A stretch of DNA of 18,155 nucleotides from Candidatus Krumholzibacteriia bacterium (GTDB lineage Bacteria; Krumholzibacteriota; Krumholzibacteriia; LZORAL124-64-63). The position numbers and the translations under genes are program-made. The notes beneath the pieces were generated by a model. It was not told the origin of the DNA. It searched no databases and saw only the letters and a list, made by a program, of their open reading frames with translations. Below, piece after piece: positions 1-9,028 of this stretch; position 1 is the first letter of the stretch; the number at the start of each line of letters is the position of its first letter. The stretch lies in contig JAWOID010000102.1 in NCBI GenBank assembly GCA_046484865.1, forward strand, positions 1 to 18,155. Direction: 5' to 3'.

Positions 1-300
1 GTTCTCGTGGAAGTAGAGGATCAACGGCAGCCGGTCCCGCGGGGGCTGCAGCAGCCCCCGCAGGTCGGCCGTGTTCACGTAGCTCGTGGCCAGCAGCACC
101 TCCCACGGTTCGGAACTCGCGTTGATGAGGTCCGCCAGCACCACCGCGCAGCCGCGCATCCGCCACTTCCAGAAGCGTGGCGGCAGCGTCCGGGCGTCGA
201 TGCGGTGCCGCGAGTGGGCCTGCAGGCCGCGGCGGAAGCTGCGGTGGGAGCCACCGTCGTAGGGTTCGAGGAACAGGACTCGCCGGCTGCGATCGGACAC
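1..300 (-). CDS. DUF3524/GTDC1-family glycosyltransferase (QTMAN-like, tRNA-queuosine alpha-mannosyltransferase domain), N-terminal 100 aa; 3' end runs off the window
   Basis: Not in the ORF track. Hand translation of the minus strand from GTG at 300 (GAGG upstream) gives MSDRSRRVLFLEPYDGGSHRSFRRGLQAHSRHRIDARTLPPRFWKWRMRGCAVVLADLINASSEPWEVLLATSYVNTADLRGLLQPPRDRLPLILYFHEN. The EPYxGGSH, TLPxxxWKWRMR and LYFHEN motifs are those I recognise from GTDC1/DUF3524. Confidence 0.85.
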   Translation of the reverse strand, partial: MSDRSRRVLFLEPYDGGSHRSFRRGLQAHSRHRIDARTLPPRFWKWRMRGCAVVLADLINASSEPWEVLLATSYVNTADLRGLLQPPRDRLPLILYFHEN

Positions 301-339
301 GCACGGCCTCGCTGACTCGGGAATCAGGACCGGACTGGG

Positions 340-368
340 TTGAATGACATCCGGTGTTCCTTTATAAT
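340..368 (+). promoter_or_regulatory. sigma70-type promoter for the S8 protease (and possibly queF)
   Basis: TTGAAT (340-345), 17-nt spacer, TATAAT (363-368), in an AT-rich patch about 110 nt upstream of ATG 478. Confidence 0.7.
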
Positions 369-389
369 GATGTTCGCTCGAAAAGCCAA
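361..389 (-). promoter_or_regulatory. possible divergent sigma70 promoter for the DUF3524 gene, overlapping the protease promoter
   Basis: The minus strand reads TTGGCT (389-384), 17 nt, TATAAA (366-361). It shares the palindromic TTATAA (362-367) with the plus-strand -10. Confidence 0.35.
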
Positions 390-477
390 TGACGACCCGC
401 CCGAGGGTGGCGTCGACGCCTGCTCCGGCCGGTCGTTGTTTGAGTTATGGTTCGTTTATTCAGGAAAGGGACTCACC

Positions 478-3400
478 ATGCGGAGAATGTGCCTCGCGCT
501 CGCGATCGTCATGGCCGCCCCGGCCGTCGCGCCCGCCCTCGCCTCGGGTGCCGCCGACGACGGCTTCGAGGTCGTCGCCGATCGGGTCGTCCTGACCGTG
601 AGGTCCGGCGTGGAACTCGCTCCGCAGAAGAGCGACGGACTGGCGAAGGTCGGCATCCCGGCTCTCGACGCACTCGCCGACCGCTTCGCCGTGCACGGGG
701 TGCAACCGCTGTACGGCCGCGGCGCGGCCAAGCGCGTGCGCGACGAGCATGCGCAGCGGCTCGAGCGCGTCTACACGGTGGACTTCGATCCGCAGCGAGC
801 CGACGTTCAGAGCGTGCTGGCGGCGTATCGCGCGCTCGATGCCGTGGCCGAGGCAGACCCGGTGCACATCTACCGGCAGACCGACGGCTACCTCCCGGAC
901 GACCCCGAGTTCCTGAACGGGAGCCAGTGGTACCTGCGGAACACCGTGTATGGCGGCGGGACGGTGAAACCGATCGGCGCCTGGGCCGCCGGTCTGGCCG
1001 ACTCCAGCGTGATCGTCGCGGTGATCGACAGCGGCGTCGACTGGCACCATCCCGATCTCGGCGGTACGCACCCCGACCGCGTGAACGGCGTGATCTGGAC
1101 GAACTGGGCCGAGTACAACGGCACCCCCGGCGTGGACGACGACGGCAACGGATTCGTGGACGACATCCGCGGCTGGGACTTCGTCGACGTGTACGCGGGC
1201 GCCGGGTGGCCCGATGAGGACGACGTGGACGAGGACAACGACCCCATGGATTACGGCGGCCACGGGACGATGGTGTCCGGCTGCGTGACCGCCCTGACGA
1301 ACAACGGTCAGGGAATCGCCGGCACCGCGCCGGGCTGCAAGGTGATGGCGCTGCGGGCGGGCTGGCTGCCCGACGGCGAGACCGGGGGCGTGCTCCGCAC
1401 CGACTTCATCTCCGCCGCCATGGTCTATGCCGCCGACAACGGCGCCAAGATCATCAACGCCAGCTGGACCTCGTCCTCGATCATCGCGAGTGCCGTCGAC
1501 TACGTCCAGGCGCGCGGGGTGCTGATCGTCACCGCCGCCGGCAACGACAACACCAGCAGCACCGATCGCAGCTATCTCGGCACGCGCGCGGGCGTGATGG
1601 CGGTCGCTGCCACCGACCGCCTCGATCGCAAGTCCAGCTTCTCGAACTTCGGCTCCTGGGTGGAGATCGCCGCTCCCGGCGAGGAGATCTACACGACCTA
1701 CTACAACCGCAACAACGGCAACAGCGGCTACATCCAGACCCAGGGCACCAGCTTCGCGTCGCCCATCGCCGCCGGCGCCGCGGCGCTGGTCTGGTCGGCC
1801 TTCCCTGCCATCCCCTACACGGCCGTGATCGACACCCTGACCGCCCATGCCGACGATATCGACGCCGTGAACCCCGGCTACGTCGGCCTGCTAGGCGCCG
1901 GTCGCGTGAACCTGGCGCGCATCTTCAGCGACGGCCGGCTGGAGATCCCGCGCGAGTACGTGGAGATCGAGGACGCTCTGCAGGAAGCCGACAGCGGCGA
2001 CGAGATCGCCGTGCGGGGCGGCGACGTCTACTCGGAATGGCTGCTGCCGGACAAGGCACTGCAGGTCCTCGGCGGCTACGACGCGGCCTACTCCACGCGC
2101 GATCCGGTGAACGACCCGACCATCCTGCGCGGCGCCGGGTCGGGTCCGGCGCTCGAGTTCGCGACCGGCGTCACCGCCACCACCGTGGTGGATGGCTTCC
2201 GATGCGAGCAGGGCATCGGCAAGGTGCTGGCCGGTATCCCCCAGGGTGGCCGCTACGGCGGCGGCGTGATCGTGCGGGGGGCCTCGCCGGTGCTGCGCAA
2301 CCTCGAGGTCACCAACAACAGCGTGGGCCAGGCGGGCGAGCTCGGCGGCGGCGGCGGGCTCGTGCTCGTGAACTCCACGGCGTTGCTGGAGAACGTGCAC
2401 GTCCACGGCAACAGCGGCATCTACGGCGCCGGCGTGTACGTGTACGGCGGCGCGCCCGTGCTGCGGGACTGCCGCATCGCAGACAACACGCCCATCCAGA
2501 CCAACTCGACCTACCCGCCCAAAGGCGGAGGCCTGTACGTGATCAGCAGCAACCCGACCCTCGAGAACGTGCAGGTGGAAGGGCACAACGAGCTGGTCGC
2601 CGGCGGCGGCGTCTTCGTGGGTACGAGCGCCGCCGGCCCGGGCGCACTCACGATGCGCGGCGGCACCGTGGCGGGCAGCAGCGCCCGCGACAGCGGCGGC
2701 GGCATCCACATGACCGGCGGCGGCGCGCTGGTGCTGGAGAACATCCTGCTCCAGTCCAACACGCGGACGGCCGCCAGCTCCTTCATGTCCGGAGGAGCGG
2801 TGTACGTCAGCGGCGGTACGGTGGCGCTGGACAGCCTCACGGTCATCGGCTGCACGGCCCACAGCGGCGCCGGGATCCACGTCAGCGACGCCACCGAGGT
2901 GGTCGTGACGAATTCGGTGTTCCACGGCAACGGCGCCGATGTCTTCGGTGGCGCCATCGTCGTGCAGAACGCTCCGGCCGGCGAGCTTCGCAACAACACC
3001 GTCGCCTACAACAGCGCGGTGGGCACCGGCGGCGCAGGGTTCGCCGTCACCAGCAGCACGCTCGGGTTCAGCCACAACCTCGCGGTCTTCAACACCGGCG
3101 GCACCGGGATCGCCAACGGCGCCTACATCAGCGGCGGGTCCGTCGCGCCGTCGTGCAACGATGTCTTCGACAACACCGGCGCCGACTGGGGCGGCGTCGC
3201 CGACCCGACGGGCAGCGACGGCAACATCGCCGCCGACCCGCGCTTCTGCGACGTAGCCGGCTTCGACCTGCGGCTCGAGAGCACCAGCCCCTGCGCGCCG
3301 GACCAGAGCGGCGGCTGCGGGCTCATCGGGGCGCTGGACGTCGGCTGCGCGGTCGACTCCGTGGAGGACGACGGCATTCCCACCGCATTCCGCGTGGACC

Positions 3401-3660
3401 AGAACTTCCCGAATCCCTTCAATCCGCAGACCACCATCCGCTTCGCCCTGCCGGAGCGCAGCCGCACCACGGTGACGATCTACGACGTGGCGGGCCGCGC
3501 GGTGCGCCGCCTGCTCGCGGAAGAACTGGGCGCAGCGGTGCACCAGGTGCAGTGGAACGGACGCGACGACCGCGGCCAGGCCGTGGCGGCGGGCGTCTAC
3601 TTCTACCGGGTGGCGAGCGACGAGCACCTGTTCGTGGGCCGCATGGCCCTCGTGAAGTGA
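478..3660 (+). CDS. secreted S8 (subtilisin-like) serine peptidase with right-handed beta-helix region and C-terminal FlgD-Ig/T9SS-like domain
   Basis: ATG 478 follows GGAAAGGGA and starts a signal peptide ([22 protein letters not shown]). Catalytic motifs are [19 protein letters not shown] and GTSFASP, plus a [16 protein letters not shown] insert. GGG-x-[YV] / N-x-A repeats indicate a parallel beta-helix. The C-terminus is [14 protein letters not shown]...[12 protein letters not shown]...[19 protein letters not shown]. Confidence 0.92.
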   Translation: MRRMCLALAIVMAAPAVAPALASGAADDGFEVVADRVVLTVRSGVELAPQKSDGLAKVGIPALDALADRFAVHGVQPLYGRGAAKRVRDEHAQRLERVYTVDFDPQRADVQSVLAAYRALDAVAEADPVHIYRQTDGYLPDDPEFLNGSQWYLRNTVYGGGTVKPIGAWAAGLADSSVIVAVIDSGVDWHHPDLGGTHPDRVNGVIWTNWAEYNGTPGVDDDGNGFVDDIRGWDFVDVYAGAGWPDEDDVDEDNDPMDYGGHGTMVSGCVTALTNNGQGIAGTAPGCKVMALRAGWLPDGETGGVLRTDFISAAMVYAADNGAKIINASWTSSSIIASAVDYVQARGVLIVTAAGNDNTSSTDRSYLGTRAGVMAVAATDRLDRKSSFSNFGSWVEIAAPGEEIYTTYYNRNNGNSGYIQTQGTSFASPIAAGAAALVWSAFPAIPYTAVIDTLTAHADDIDAVNPGYVGLLGAGRVNLARIFSDGRLEIPREYVEIEDALQEADSGDEIAVRGGDVYSEWLLPDKALQVLGGYDAAYSTRDPVNDPTILRGAGSGPALEFATGVTATTVVDGFRCEQGIGKVLAGIPQGGRYGGGVIVRGASPVLRNLEVTNNSVGQAGELGGGGGLVLVNSTALLENVHVHGNSGIYGAGVYVYGGAPVLRDCRIADNTPIQTNSTYPPKGGGLYVISSNPTLENVQVEGHNELVAGGGVFVGTSAAGPGALTMRGGTVAGSSARDSGGGIHMTGGGALVLENILLQSNTRTAASSFMSGGAVYVSGGTVALDSLTVIGCTAHSGAGIHVSDATEVVVTNSVFHGNGADVFGGAIVVQNAPAGELRNNTVAYNSAVGTGGAGFAVTSSTLGFSHNLAVFNTGGTGIANGAYISGGSVAPSCNDVFDNTGADWGGVADPTGSDGNIAADPRFCDVAGFDLRLESTSPCAPDQSGGCGLIGALDVGCAVDSVEDDGIPTAFRVDQNFPNPFNPQTTIRFALPERSRTTVTIYDVAGRAVRRLLAEELGAAVHQVQWNGRDDRGQAVAAGVYFYRVASDEHLFVGRMALVK

Positions 3661-3674
3661 CACGGGAGGTCAGC

Positions 3675-4046
3675 ATGCCCAGCCAGCCGGCACGGCACCT
3701 GGAGACGTTCGTCAATCCCGCGCCCGACCGGGATTACGAGATCGCCTTCGACTGCCCGGAATTCACCTGCCTCTGTCCCCTCACCGGACAGCCGGACTTC
3801 GCTCACTTCCACATCGCCTACGTCCCGGACGAGACCTGCGTGGAACTGAAGTCGCTCAAGCTGTACCTCTGGAGCTACCGCGACGAGGGAGCTTTCCACG
3901 AGAAGGTGACGAACCAGATCCGCGACGATCTGGTGGCCGCCTGCCGGCCGCGCCGGCTGACCGTCCGGGGCGAGTGGTTCGTGCGCGGCGGAATCACCAC
4001 CCACGTGACGGTGGAGTACCGCCGACCGCCGGACCAGCGCGGATGA
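3675..4046 (+). CDS. queF: NADPH-dependent 7-cyano-7-deazaguanine (preQ0) reductase, unimodular QueF
   Basis: GGAGGT RBS then ATG 3675, at the tail of track ORF 2037..4046. Contains [14 protein letters not shown] (catalytic Cys/Asp), the QueF motif [12 protein letters not shown] and RGGI. Confidence 0.95.
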   Translation: MPSQPARHLETFVNPAPDRDYEIAFDCPEFTCLCPLTGQPDFAHFHIAYVPDETCVELKSLKLYLWSYRDEGAFHEKVTNQIRDDLVAACRPRRLTVRGEWFVRGGITTHVTVEYRRPPDQRG

Positions 4047-4089
4047 CGGAGGAGACGTCTGCCGCGGCCGATCGACCCGGCCGGGCGGA

Positions 4090-5085
4090 TCAGTCGATCC
4101 GGATCGGCGCGGCGGCGCCGCACCCCGGACAGCTCGGACCCGCCGCCAGATCCGTCCTGGTACGGTAACCCAGCCGCCGGACCAGGACGCGCCCGCAAGC
4201 AGCGCAGACGGTGTCGGTGGCGCCGTCCACGTGCAGGTTGCCCACGTACACGTGCCGCAGCCGCTCCCGGGCGATCCCGGCCGCGCGGCGCAGCGTGGCC
4301 GCCGGCGTGGGTGGCGCATCGAACTTGTAGGCGGGACGGTACGCCGACAGGTGCAGCGCGAGATCGGGGTCCAGATCCCCGAGGAAGCGCGCCAGGTCCC
4401 GCAGGTGCTCGTCGCTGTCGTTGTGGCCGGGGATGACGAGGTTCGTGACCTCCACGTGGACCCCCGCGCGGTGCATGGCCGTGATCGTGTGGAGGACCGG
4501 CTGCAACGACGCGTGGCAGACGCGCTCGTAGAACCGCTCGTCCATCCCCTTGAGATCCACGTTGGCCGCGTCCAGCCACGGCAACAGTTCGGCCAGCGGC
4601 TCGGCGTTCAGGTAACCGTTCGTCACCACCACGTTCTTCAGGCCCGCCGTGCGCACCCGCCGCGCCGTGTCCAGCACGAACTCGAACCAGACCAGCGGCT
4701 CGCTGTACGTGTAGGCCACCCCGAACGAGCCCGTCTCGTGCGCCGCCGCCACGACGTCCTCGGGCGACATGCGCGTGGTGGGTCCCTGCCCCCGCTGGCT
4801 GATGGTCCAGTTCTGGCAGAACTCGCAGTGCAGGTTGCAGCCCAGGGCGGCCACCGAGAGGATCGGTTGCCCCGGATGGTAGTGGTAGAGGGGTTTCTTC
4901 TCGATCGGATCCACGCCGGCCGACACGACCAGCCCGTACTGGTGCGCCACCAGCCGCCCGCCCGTCACCCCACGGGTGCGGCAGAGGCCGTCCTGTCCCT
5001 CGCGCAGCTTGCAGCCCACCGGGCAGAGGTCGCAGGCGATCCGCCCGTCGGGCAGCACGTGCCAGTACCGCGCGGTCACGGTCAC
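4090..5085 (-). CDS. amrS: AmmeMemoRadiSam-system radical SAM enzyme (PFL-activase-like)
   Basis: GTG at 5085 follows GGAGGG and overlaps the queG TGA (GTGA). Motifs: CDLCPVGC..GLC, DPIEKKPLYHYHPG, radical-SAM GCNLHCEFCQNW, AYTYSEP, VTNGY, ANVDLK, and C-terminal CAACG..CPGCG. Confidence 0.9.
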   Translation of the reverse strand: MTVTARYWHVLPDGRIACDLCPVGCKLREGQDGLCRTRGVTGGRLVAHQYGLVVSAGVDPIEKKPLYHYHPGQPILSVAALGCNLHCEFCQNWTISQRGQGPTTRMSPEDVVAAAHETGSFGVAYTYSEPLVWFEFVLDTARRVRTAGLKNVVVTNGYLNAEPLAELLPWLDAANVDLKGMDERFYERVCHASLQPVLHTITAMHRAGVHVEVTNLVIPGHNDSDEHLRDLARFLGDLDPDLALHLSAYRPAYKFDAPPTPAATLRRAAGIARERLRHVYVGNLHVDGATDTVCAACGRVLVRRLGYRTRTDLAAGPSCPGCGAAAPIRID

Positions 5086-6329
5086 GGTCGACCCTCCCCC
5101 GGTGCGCGCGGGTCCTCGAGGCGCCGCCGTGCCCACTCCGCCACGTCGCGGACCTCGGCATCGGGGTCGGAGGCGGCCAGCCGGCGGGCCTCGTCGACAA
5201 GCTCGCCGCGCCCCGTGTTGGCCGCCACGACCAGCGCGTTGCGGCGCAGACCGTCGGGGTGGGCCCGCCACAGCGGCGTGCGCCGGAAGCGCTCGCGGAA
5301 GCGCTCCCGCGCCATCACGGCCAGGTCCGCCAGCCGGATTTCCGTGTGTTCCGGCGACGGCCGGTACTCCGCGGGCCACGGGGGCAGACCGGTCCGCCGG
5401 GCCGAGGCGTGATTCCAGGGGCAAGCCGCCTGGCAGATGTCGCACCCGAACAGGAGCCCTCCCTGCTGCCGGCGGCGGTCCGCCGGCGCTCGCCCACGCC
5501 ACTCGATGGTCCAGGTGGCGATGCAGAGACGGGCATCCATGACGTGGGCAGCCGCCAGCGCCCCGGTCGGGCAGGCCTCGAGACAGAGCGTGCAGCGGCC
5601 GCAGAGGGTCAGGGGCGCAGGACGGTCCCCGGCCGGGTCACGCCCGTACGCGCGGGAGCGGGGCGCCAGCCCGTACAGCGGCTCGGTCGCCGGCACGCCG
5701 GCCGGCGGCAAGCCGGAGACGTCGAGGTTGGTCAGCGCCACGCCCAGGAAGAGTCCCGAGCCGAGCCGCTCGTGGATGAGGCAGGTGTTCTTGCCCAGGA
5801 ACCCGAGCCCCGCCAGCCAGGCGTACTCTCGCTCCAGGTAGGGACCGGTGTCCACCGCCACGCGGGCGACCAGCCCGGGCCAGCTCGCCCCGAGTTCGCG
5901 CACCACCCGGCGCACCGCCCGCAGCAGCACGTCGTGGTAGTCGCGGCCGCGGGCGTAGCGCGCCACGCCGTCGATCCAGGGCCGTCCGGGCACCGCTCCG
6001 CGCCAGGGCGACCGATCGGCGTGGTCCCAGCCGTCGGTGTACCGCTGCCCGAAGACCAGCACGCTGCGCGCCCACGGGTGCGCCCGGTGCGGGTCGGCTC
6101 GCGCCTCGGGGTCCCGCGCCAGGTACTCGAGACCGGCGTGGCGCCCCTCGCGCACGTAGGCTTGCCAGGCGTCGGCATGCGGCAGCGCCGCCGGGAGGGC
6201 GACCGCACCCGCCAGATCGACCGCCGCCGGAGGGCAGATCTCCGCCAGGCGCAAGGCCAGCGCGGTCGCCGTCGCCTGCACCGGCTCCGGCCGTGGCGGC
6301 GGCACCGGCGGCTGCGCGTCCGCGCTCAT
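5082..6329 (-). CDS. queG: tRNA epoxyqueuosine(34) reductase QueG
   Basis: VARYARGRDYH, VDTGPYLERE, AGLGFLGKNTCLI, two Fe-S motifs (CGRCTLCLEACPTGA and GCDICQAACPWN), and LRRNALVVAAN with a HEAT-like tail. Confidence 0.93.
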   Translation of the reverse strand: MSADAQPPVPPPRPEPVQATATALALRLAEICPPAAVDLAGAVALPAALPHADAWQAYVREGRHAGLEYLARDPEARADPHRAHPWARSVLVFGQRYTDGWDHADRSPWRGAVPGRPWIDGVARYARGRDYHDVLLRAVRRVVRELGASWPGLVARVAVDTGPYLEREYAWLAGLGFLGKNTCLIHERLGSGLFLGVALTNLDVSGLPPAGVPATEPLYGLAPRSRAYGRDPAGDRPAPLTLCGRCTLCLEACPTGALAAAHVMDARLCIATWTIEWRGRAPADRRRQQGGLLFGCDICQAACPWNHASARRTGLPPWPAEYRPSPEHTEIRLADLAVMARERFRERFRRTPLWRAHPDGLRRNALVVAANTGRGELVDEARRLAASDPDAEVRDVAEWARRRLEDPRAPGEGRP

Positions 6330-6330
6330 G

Positions 6331-7875
6331 TCACGCGGAGCGCGCGATCGGCCGCGCGTTCACCCAGCGATCGTACAGCCACAGCAGCACCGCCGACAGC
6401 AGCGCCAGGCCGGCGAAGATCACCCACATGATGTCGGGACGGTCGATGCCTCCGCGCTCGGCCGGACCGAAGAAGGCGTAAGCCTCGCCCGAGATCAGTC
6501 CGCCGAAGAGATTGCCCAGAGCCACGCACCAGTAGAAGTAGCCCATGTACATGCCCACCTTCTCGGGGGGCGCGATGCGGCCGGCGTATTCCTTCGAACG
6601 GGGGCTCGCCATCATCTCGCCCACCGAGAAGGTGAGGATGGCCGCGACGATCACCCAGCCGGCCTGGCCGATCGGGTAGAGCAGGAAGCTGACCGCGGTG
6701 ATCACGCTGCCGACGATGATGGTGGTCAGCGGCCGCAGCCGGCGGGAAAACCAGCTGATGAGGACCTGTCCGAAGATGATGCCGAGCGCGTTGAGGTTGA
6801 TGAGGTACTCCGGCTTGATCTGGCCGTTCACGAGCATGGCGTTGTCGCCGCGCAGATGGCCGAGGCCGAAGGACTGCAGCAGGTCGCGGGTGTCCACGTA
6901 GTCGCGGATGTACTCGGGCAGGGTCATGAAGATCTGGTTGAAGCTGATCCAGAAGAAGGACATCAGCACCAGGAACACGAGGTAGCGGCCCTCGCCCACC
7001 TGCATGGGCTGCAGCAGCCAGACCCCACGCGGGCGGGCGCGGCGCAGGACCAGGTCCAGCACCACGTTCAGCGCCAGCCACGATCCCGCCAGGGTGAGGT
7101 ACTGCGGCGGCGCCAGCCACTTCGAACCCATCACCAGCACCACCAGCACGCCCACCACGAAGGCGAAGAAACGCCCGTTGCCCACCACCGCCACCATGCC
7201 GCGAAAGACCTCGGCCAGCGACCGGCGTTGCTGCCCGCCCGCGTCCTGGGGCGGCTCGCGGTAGAACAGCAGCGCCACCACGCCCATCACCAGGATCCAG
7301 CCCGCGGAGGCGTAGAACACGTACTGCCAGTCCCAGCCGCGCACCACGCCGGCCACGATGGGCCCCAGGAACCCGCCCACGTTCACCATCATGTAGAAGA
7401 TGCCGAAGCCCATGCTGCCGGTCTTCTCGGTGGTGGCCTTGGCCACCGAGCTGATCACCACCGGCTTGAACATGCCGTGTCCCACCGCCACCAGCAGGTA
7501 GACGGCCAGGAACCCGCCGAAGCTCTGCGGCAGGCTGAGCAGCAGGTAGCCTGGAATCATCACCAGCGTGGACGCCAGGAACATGCGCCGGAAGCCGTAA
7601 CGGTCGGCCAGGGCCCCGAACACCGCCGGAAACAGGTAGAGGAAGAAGGTCGTGATCCCCTGGATCACGCCGCGATCGGCGCTGCTGAGGCCGAGCCCGC
7701 CGCTGGCGATCGAGCCGGTGAGATAGAGGCTGCTGACGGCGTAGAAGCCGTACCAGCCCATCCGCTCGAAGATCTCCATGCTGTTGGCGGCCCAGAAGTA
7801 GCCGGGGAACTGCCGCCACACCGAGCGGCGCGGACTTTCCGGGGTCACCGGAGGTATGGGCGAGGGATGCGGCAC
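6331..7875 (-). CDS. MFS transporter, POT/PTR (proton-dependent oligopeptide transporter)-like
   Basis: GTG start follows AGGAGG. Contains the ExxER motif (EIFERMGWYG), GALADRYG, GHGMFKP, FYMMVNVGGFLGP and GEMMASP, with many hydrophobic segments. Confidence 0.88.
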   Translation of the reverse strand: MPHPSPIPPVTPESPRRSVWRQFPGYFWAANSMEIFERMGWYGFYAVSSLYLTGSIASGGLGLSSADRGVIQGITTFFLYLFPAVFGALADRYGFRRMFLASTLVMIPGYLLLSLPQSFGGFLAVYLLVAVGHGMFKPVVISSVAKATTEKTGSMGFGIFYMMVNVGGFLGPIVAGVVRGWDWQYVFYASAGWILVMGVVALLFYREPPQDAGGQQRRSLAEVFRGMVAVVGNGRFFAFVVGVLVVLVMGSKWLAPPQYLTLAGSWLALNVVLDLVLRRARPRGVWLLQPMQVGEGRYLVFLVLMSFFWISFNQIFMTLPEYIRDYVDTRDLLQSFGLGHLRGDNAMLVNGQIKPEYLINLNALGIIFGQVLISWFSRRLRPLTTIIVGSVITAVSFLLYPIGQAGWVIVAAILTFSVGEMMASPRSKEYAGRIAPPEKVGMYMGYFYWCVALGNLFGGLISGEAYAFFGPAERGGIDRPDIMWVIFAGLALLSAVLLWLYDRWVNARPIARSA

Positions 7876-7962
7876 GGGTCCTCCTGCCGGGGAGAAGAAG
7901 GTGGTCCGGAGCAGAAAGCCGGGCGCCGCGACCGGGGCCGCGGCGTCGGGGAATCAGCCGGA

Positions 7963-7968
7963 AGTATA
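7963..7968 (-). promoter_or_regulatory. putative -10 element upstream of the MFS-queG-amrS run
   Basis: TATACT on the minus strand about 90 nt upstream of the MFS start, in otherwise GC-rich DNA. No clear -35. Confidence 0.4.
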
Positions 7969-8071
7969 ACGCGAGAGGCCGTCCGCAGACAACCACGGGC
8001 GGTGCGAGGTGCGGTGCGATGCCGCCCGGCGGCCGGTCCGCGTTCCGCCCGCCGCCAGACCAGCATCCGGT

Positions 8072-9028
8072 TCAGCGCCCCGCGAGCCGCGCCAGGGCTA
8101 CTTCGTACTCCGCCAGCAGCCGCTGCACCAGCTCCGCCACGGTGAGCACGTCGTCGATGAGTCCGGAGACCTGTCCGATCTCCAGCTCGCCGTCGTCGAC
8201 GTCGCCCTCGAGCATGCCGCGGCGGGCGCGTCCCTCGCCGAGCAGCGCGGCCAGCTCCTCGCGGGAGGCGCAGCGGGCCTCGGCTTCCTGCACCTGGTCG
8301 CGGAAGCGGTTGCGCAGCAGGCGCACGGGCACCAGGGACTTCATCACCAGGTGGGTATCGCCGGCTCCGGCCGCCACCACCGCCCGCTTCCAGGCCTCGT
8401 GTCCGGCCGATTCGACGGTGACGGCGAACCGCGACCCGATCTGCACCCCCTCGGCACCCAGGGCGAGCGCCGCGGCGATCTGGGGGCCCGTGGCCACGCC
8501 CCCGGCCGCGATCACCGGTATACCGACTTCCTTCACGCACTCCGGCACCAGGACCATCGTCGTGATCTCCTCGCGTCCGTTGTGCCCGCCGGCCTCGAAG
8601 CCCTCGCAGACCACCGCATCGCAGCCGGCGTCCTCGCACTTGCGTGCCAGCTCCGGGCTGGCCACCACGTGGACGCAGACGGCCCCGGCCTCCTTCAGCC
8701 GGGGCACCACCCGCCGGGGTGAGCCTGCGGACGTGAAGAAGATGCGGATCCCCTCCTCCAGGGCGATCTCGAGGCAGTCGCCGATGTGGCGGTAGAGCAG
8801 CGGCAGGTTCACGCCCAGGGGGCCGGCCGGCGCGAGCGCCCGCGCCTTGCGGACCTGATCGCGGAAGAGGTCGGGCCGCATGCTGCCGGCGCCGACCAGC
8901 CCGAGGCAGCCGGCGTTCGCCGCGGCCGCGGCCAGCCGGGCGCCGCTGTTGTAGACCATGCCGGCCTGCACGATGGGGTGGGTGCAGCCGAGGAGCTTCT
9001 GGACGCGATCGGAGGGCCAGCGGGGCAT
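8072..9028 (-). CDS. nitronate monooxygenase / FabK-like FMN-dependent oxidoreductase
   Basis: HPIVQAGM, GVNLPL, EGFEAGGH, PVIAAGGVATG, LGAEGVQIGSRF and GQVSGLIDD motifs; GGGAGAGG upstream. Confidence 0.88.
   Translation of the reverse strand: MPRWPSDRVQKLLGCTHPIVQAGMVYNSGARLAAAAANAGCLGLVGAGSMRPDLFRDQVRKARALAPAGPLGVNLPLLYRHIGDCLEIALEEGIRIFFTSAGSPRRVVPRLKEAGAVCVHVVASPELARKCEDAGCDAVVCEGFEAGGHNGREEITTMVLVPECVKEVGIPVIAAGGVATGPQIAAALALGAEGVQIGSRFAVTVESAGHEAWKRAVVAAGAGDTHLVMKSLVPVRLLRNRFRDQVQEAEARCASREELAALLGEGRARRGMLEGDVDDGELEIGQVSGLIDDVLTVAELVQRLLAEYEVALARLAGR

Noticed and set aside
7..315. Plus-strand 102-aa ORF in the track
   Set aside because: It is the antisense shadow of the real minus-strand DUF3524 gene.
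340..477. 46-aa N-terminal extension of the S8 ORF from TTG 340
   Set aside because: It overlaps the promoter. ATG 478 has an RBS and begins the signal peptide.
2037..3674. 669-aa ORF suggesting a long N-terminal fusion to QueF
   Set aside because: This is an Arg-rich off-frame read-through of the protease gene in high-GC DNA. queF has its own RBS and ATG at 3675.
3600..3675. preQ1 riboswitch upstream of queF
   Set aside because: The intergenic gap is only 14 nt, with no stem-loop plus A-rich tail. None is evident upstream of the MFS-queG unit either.
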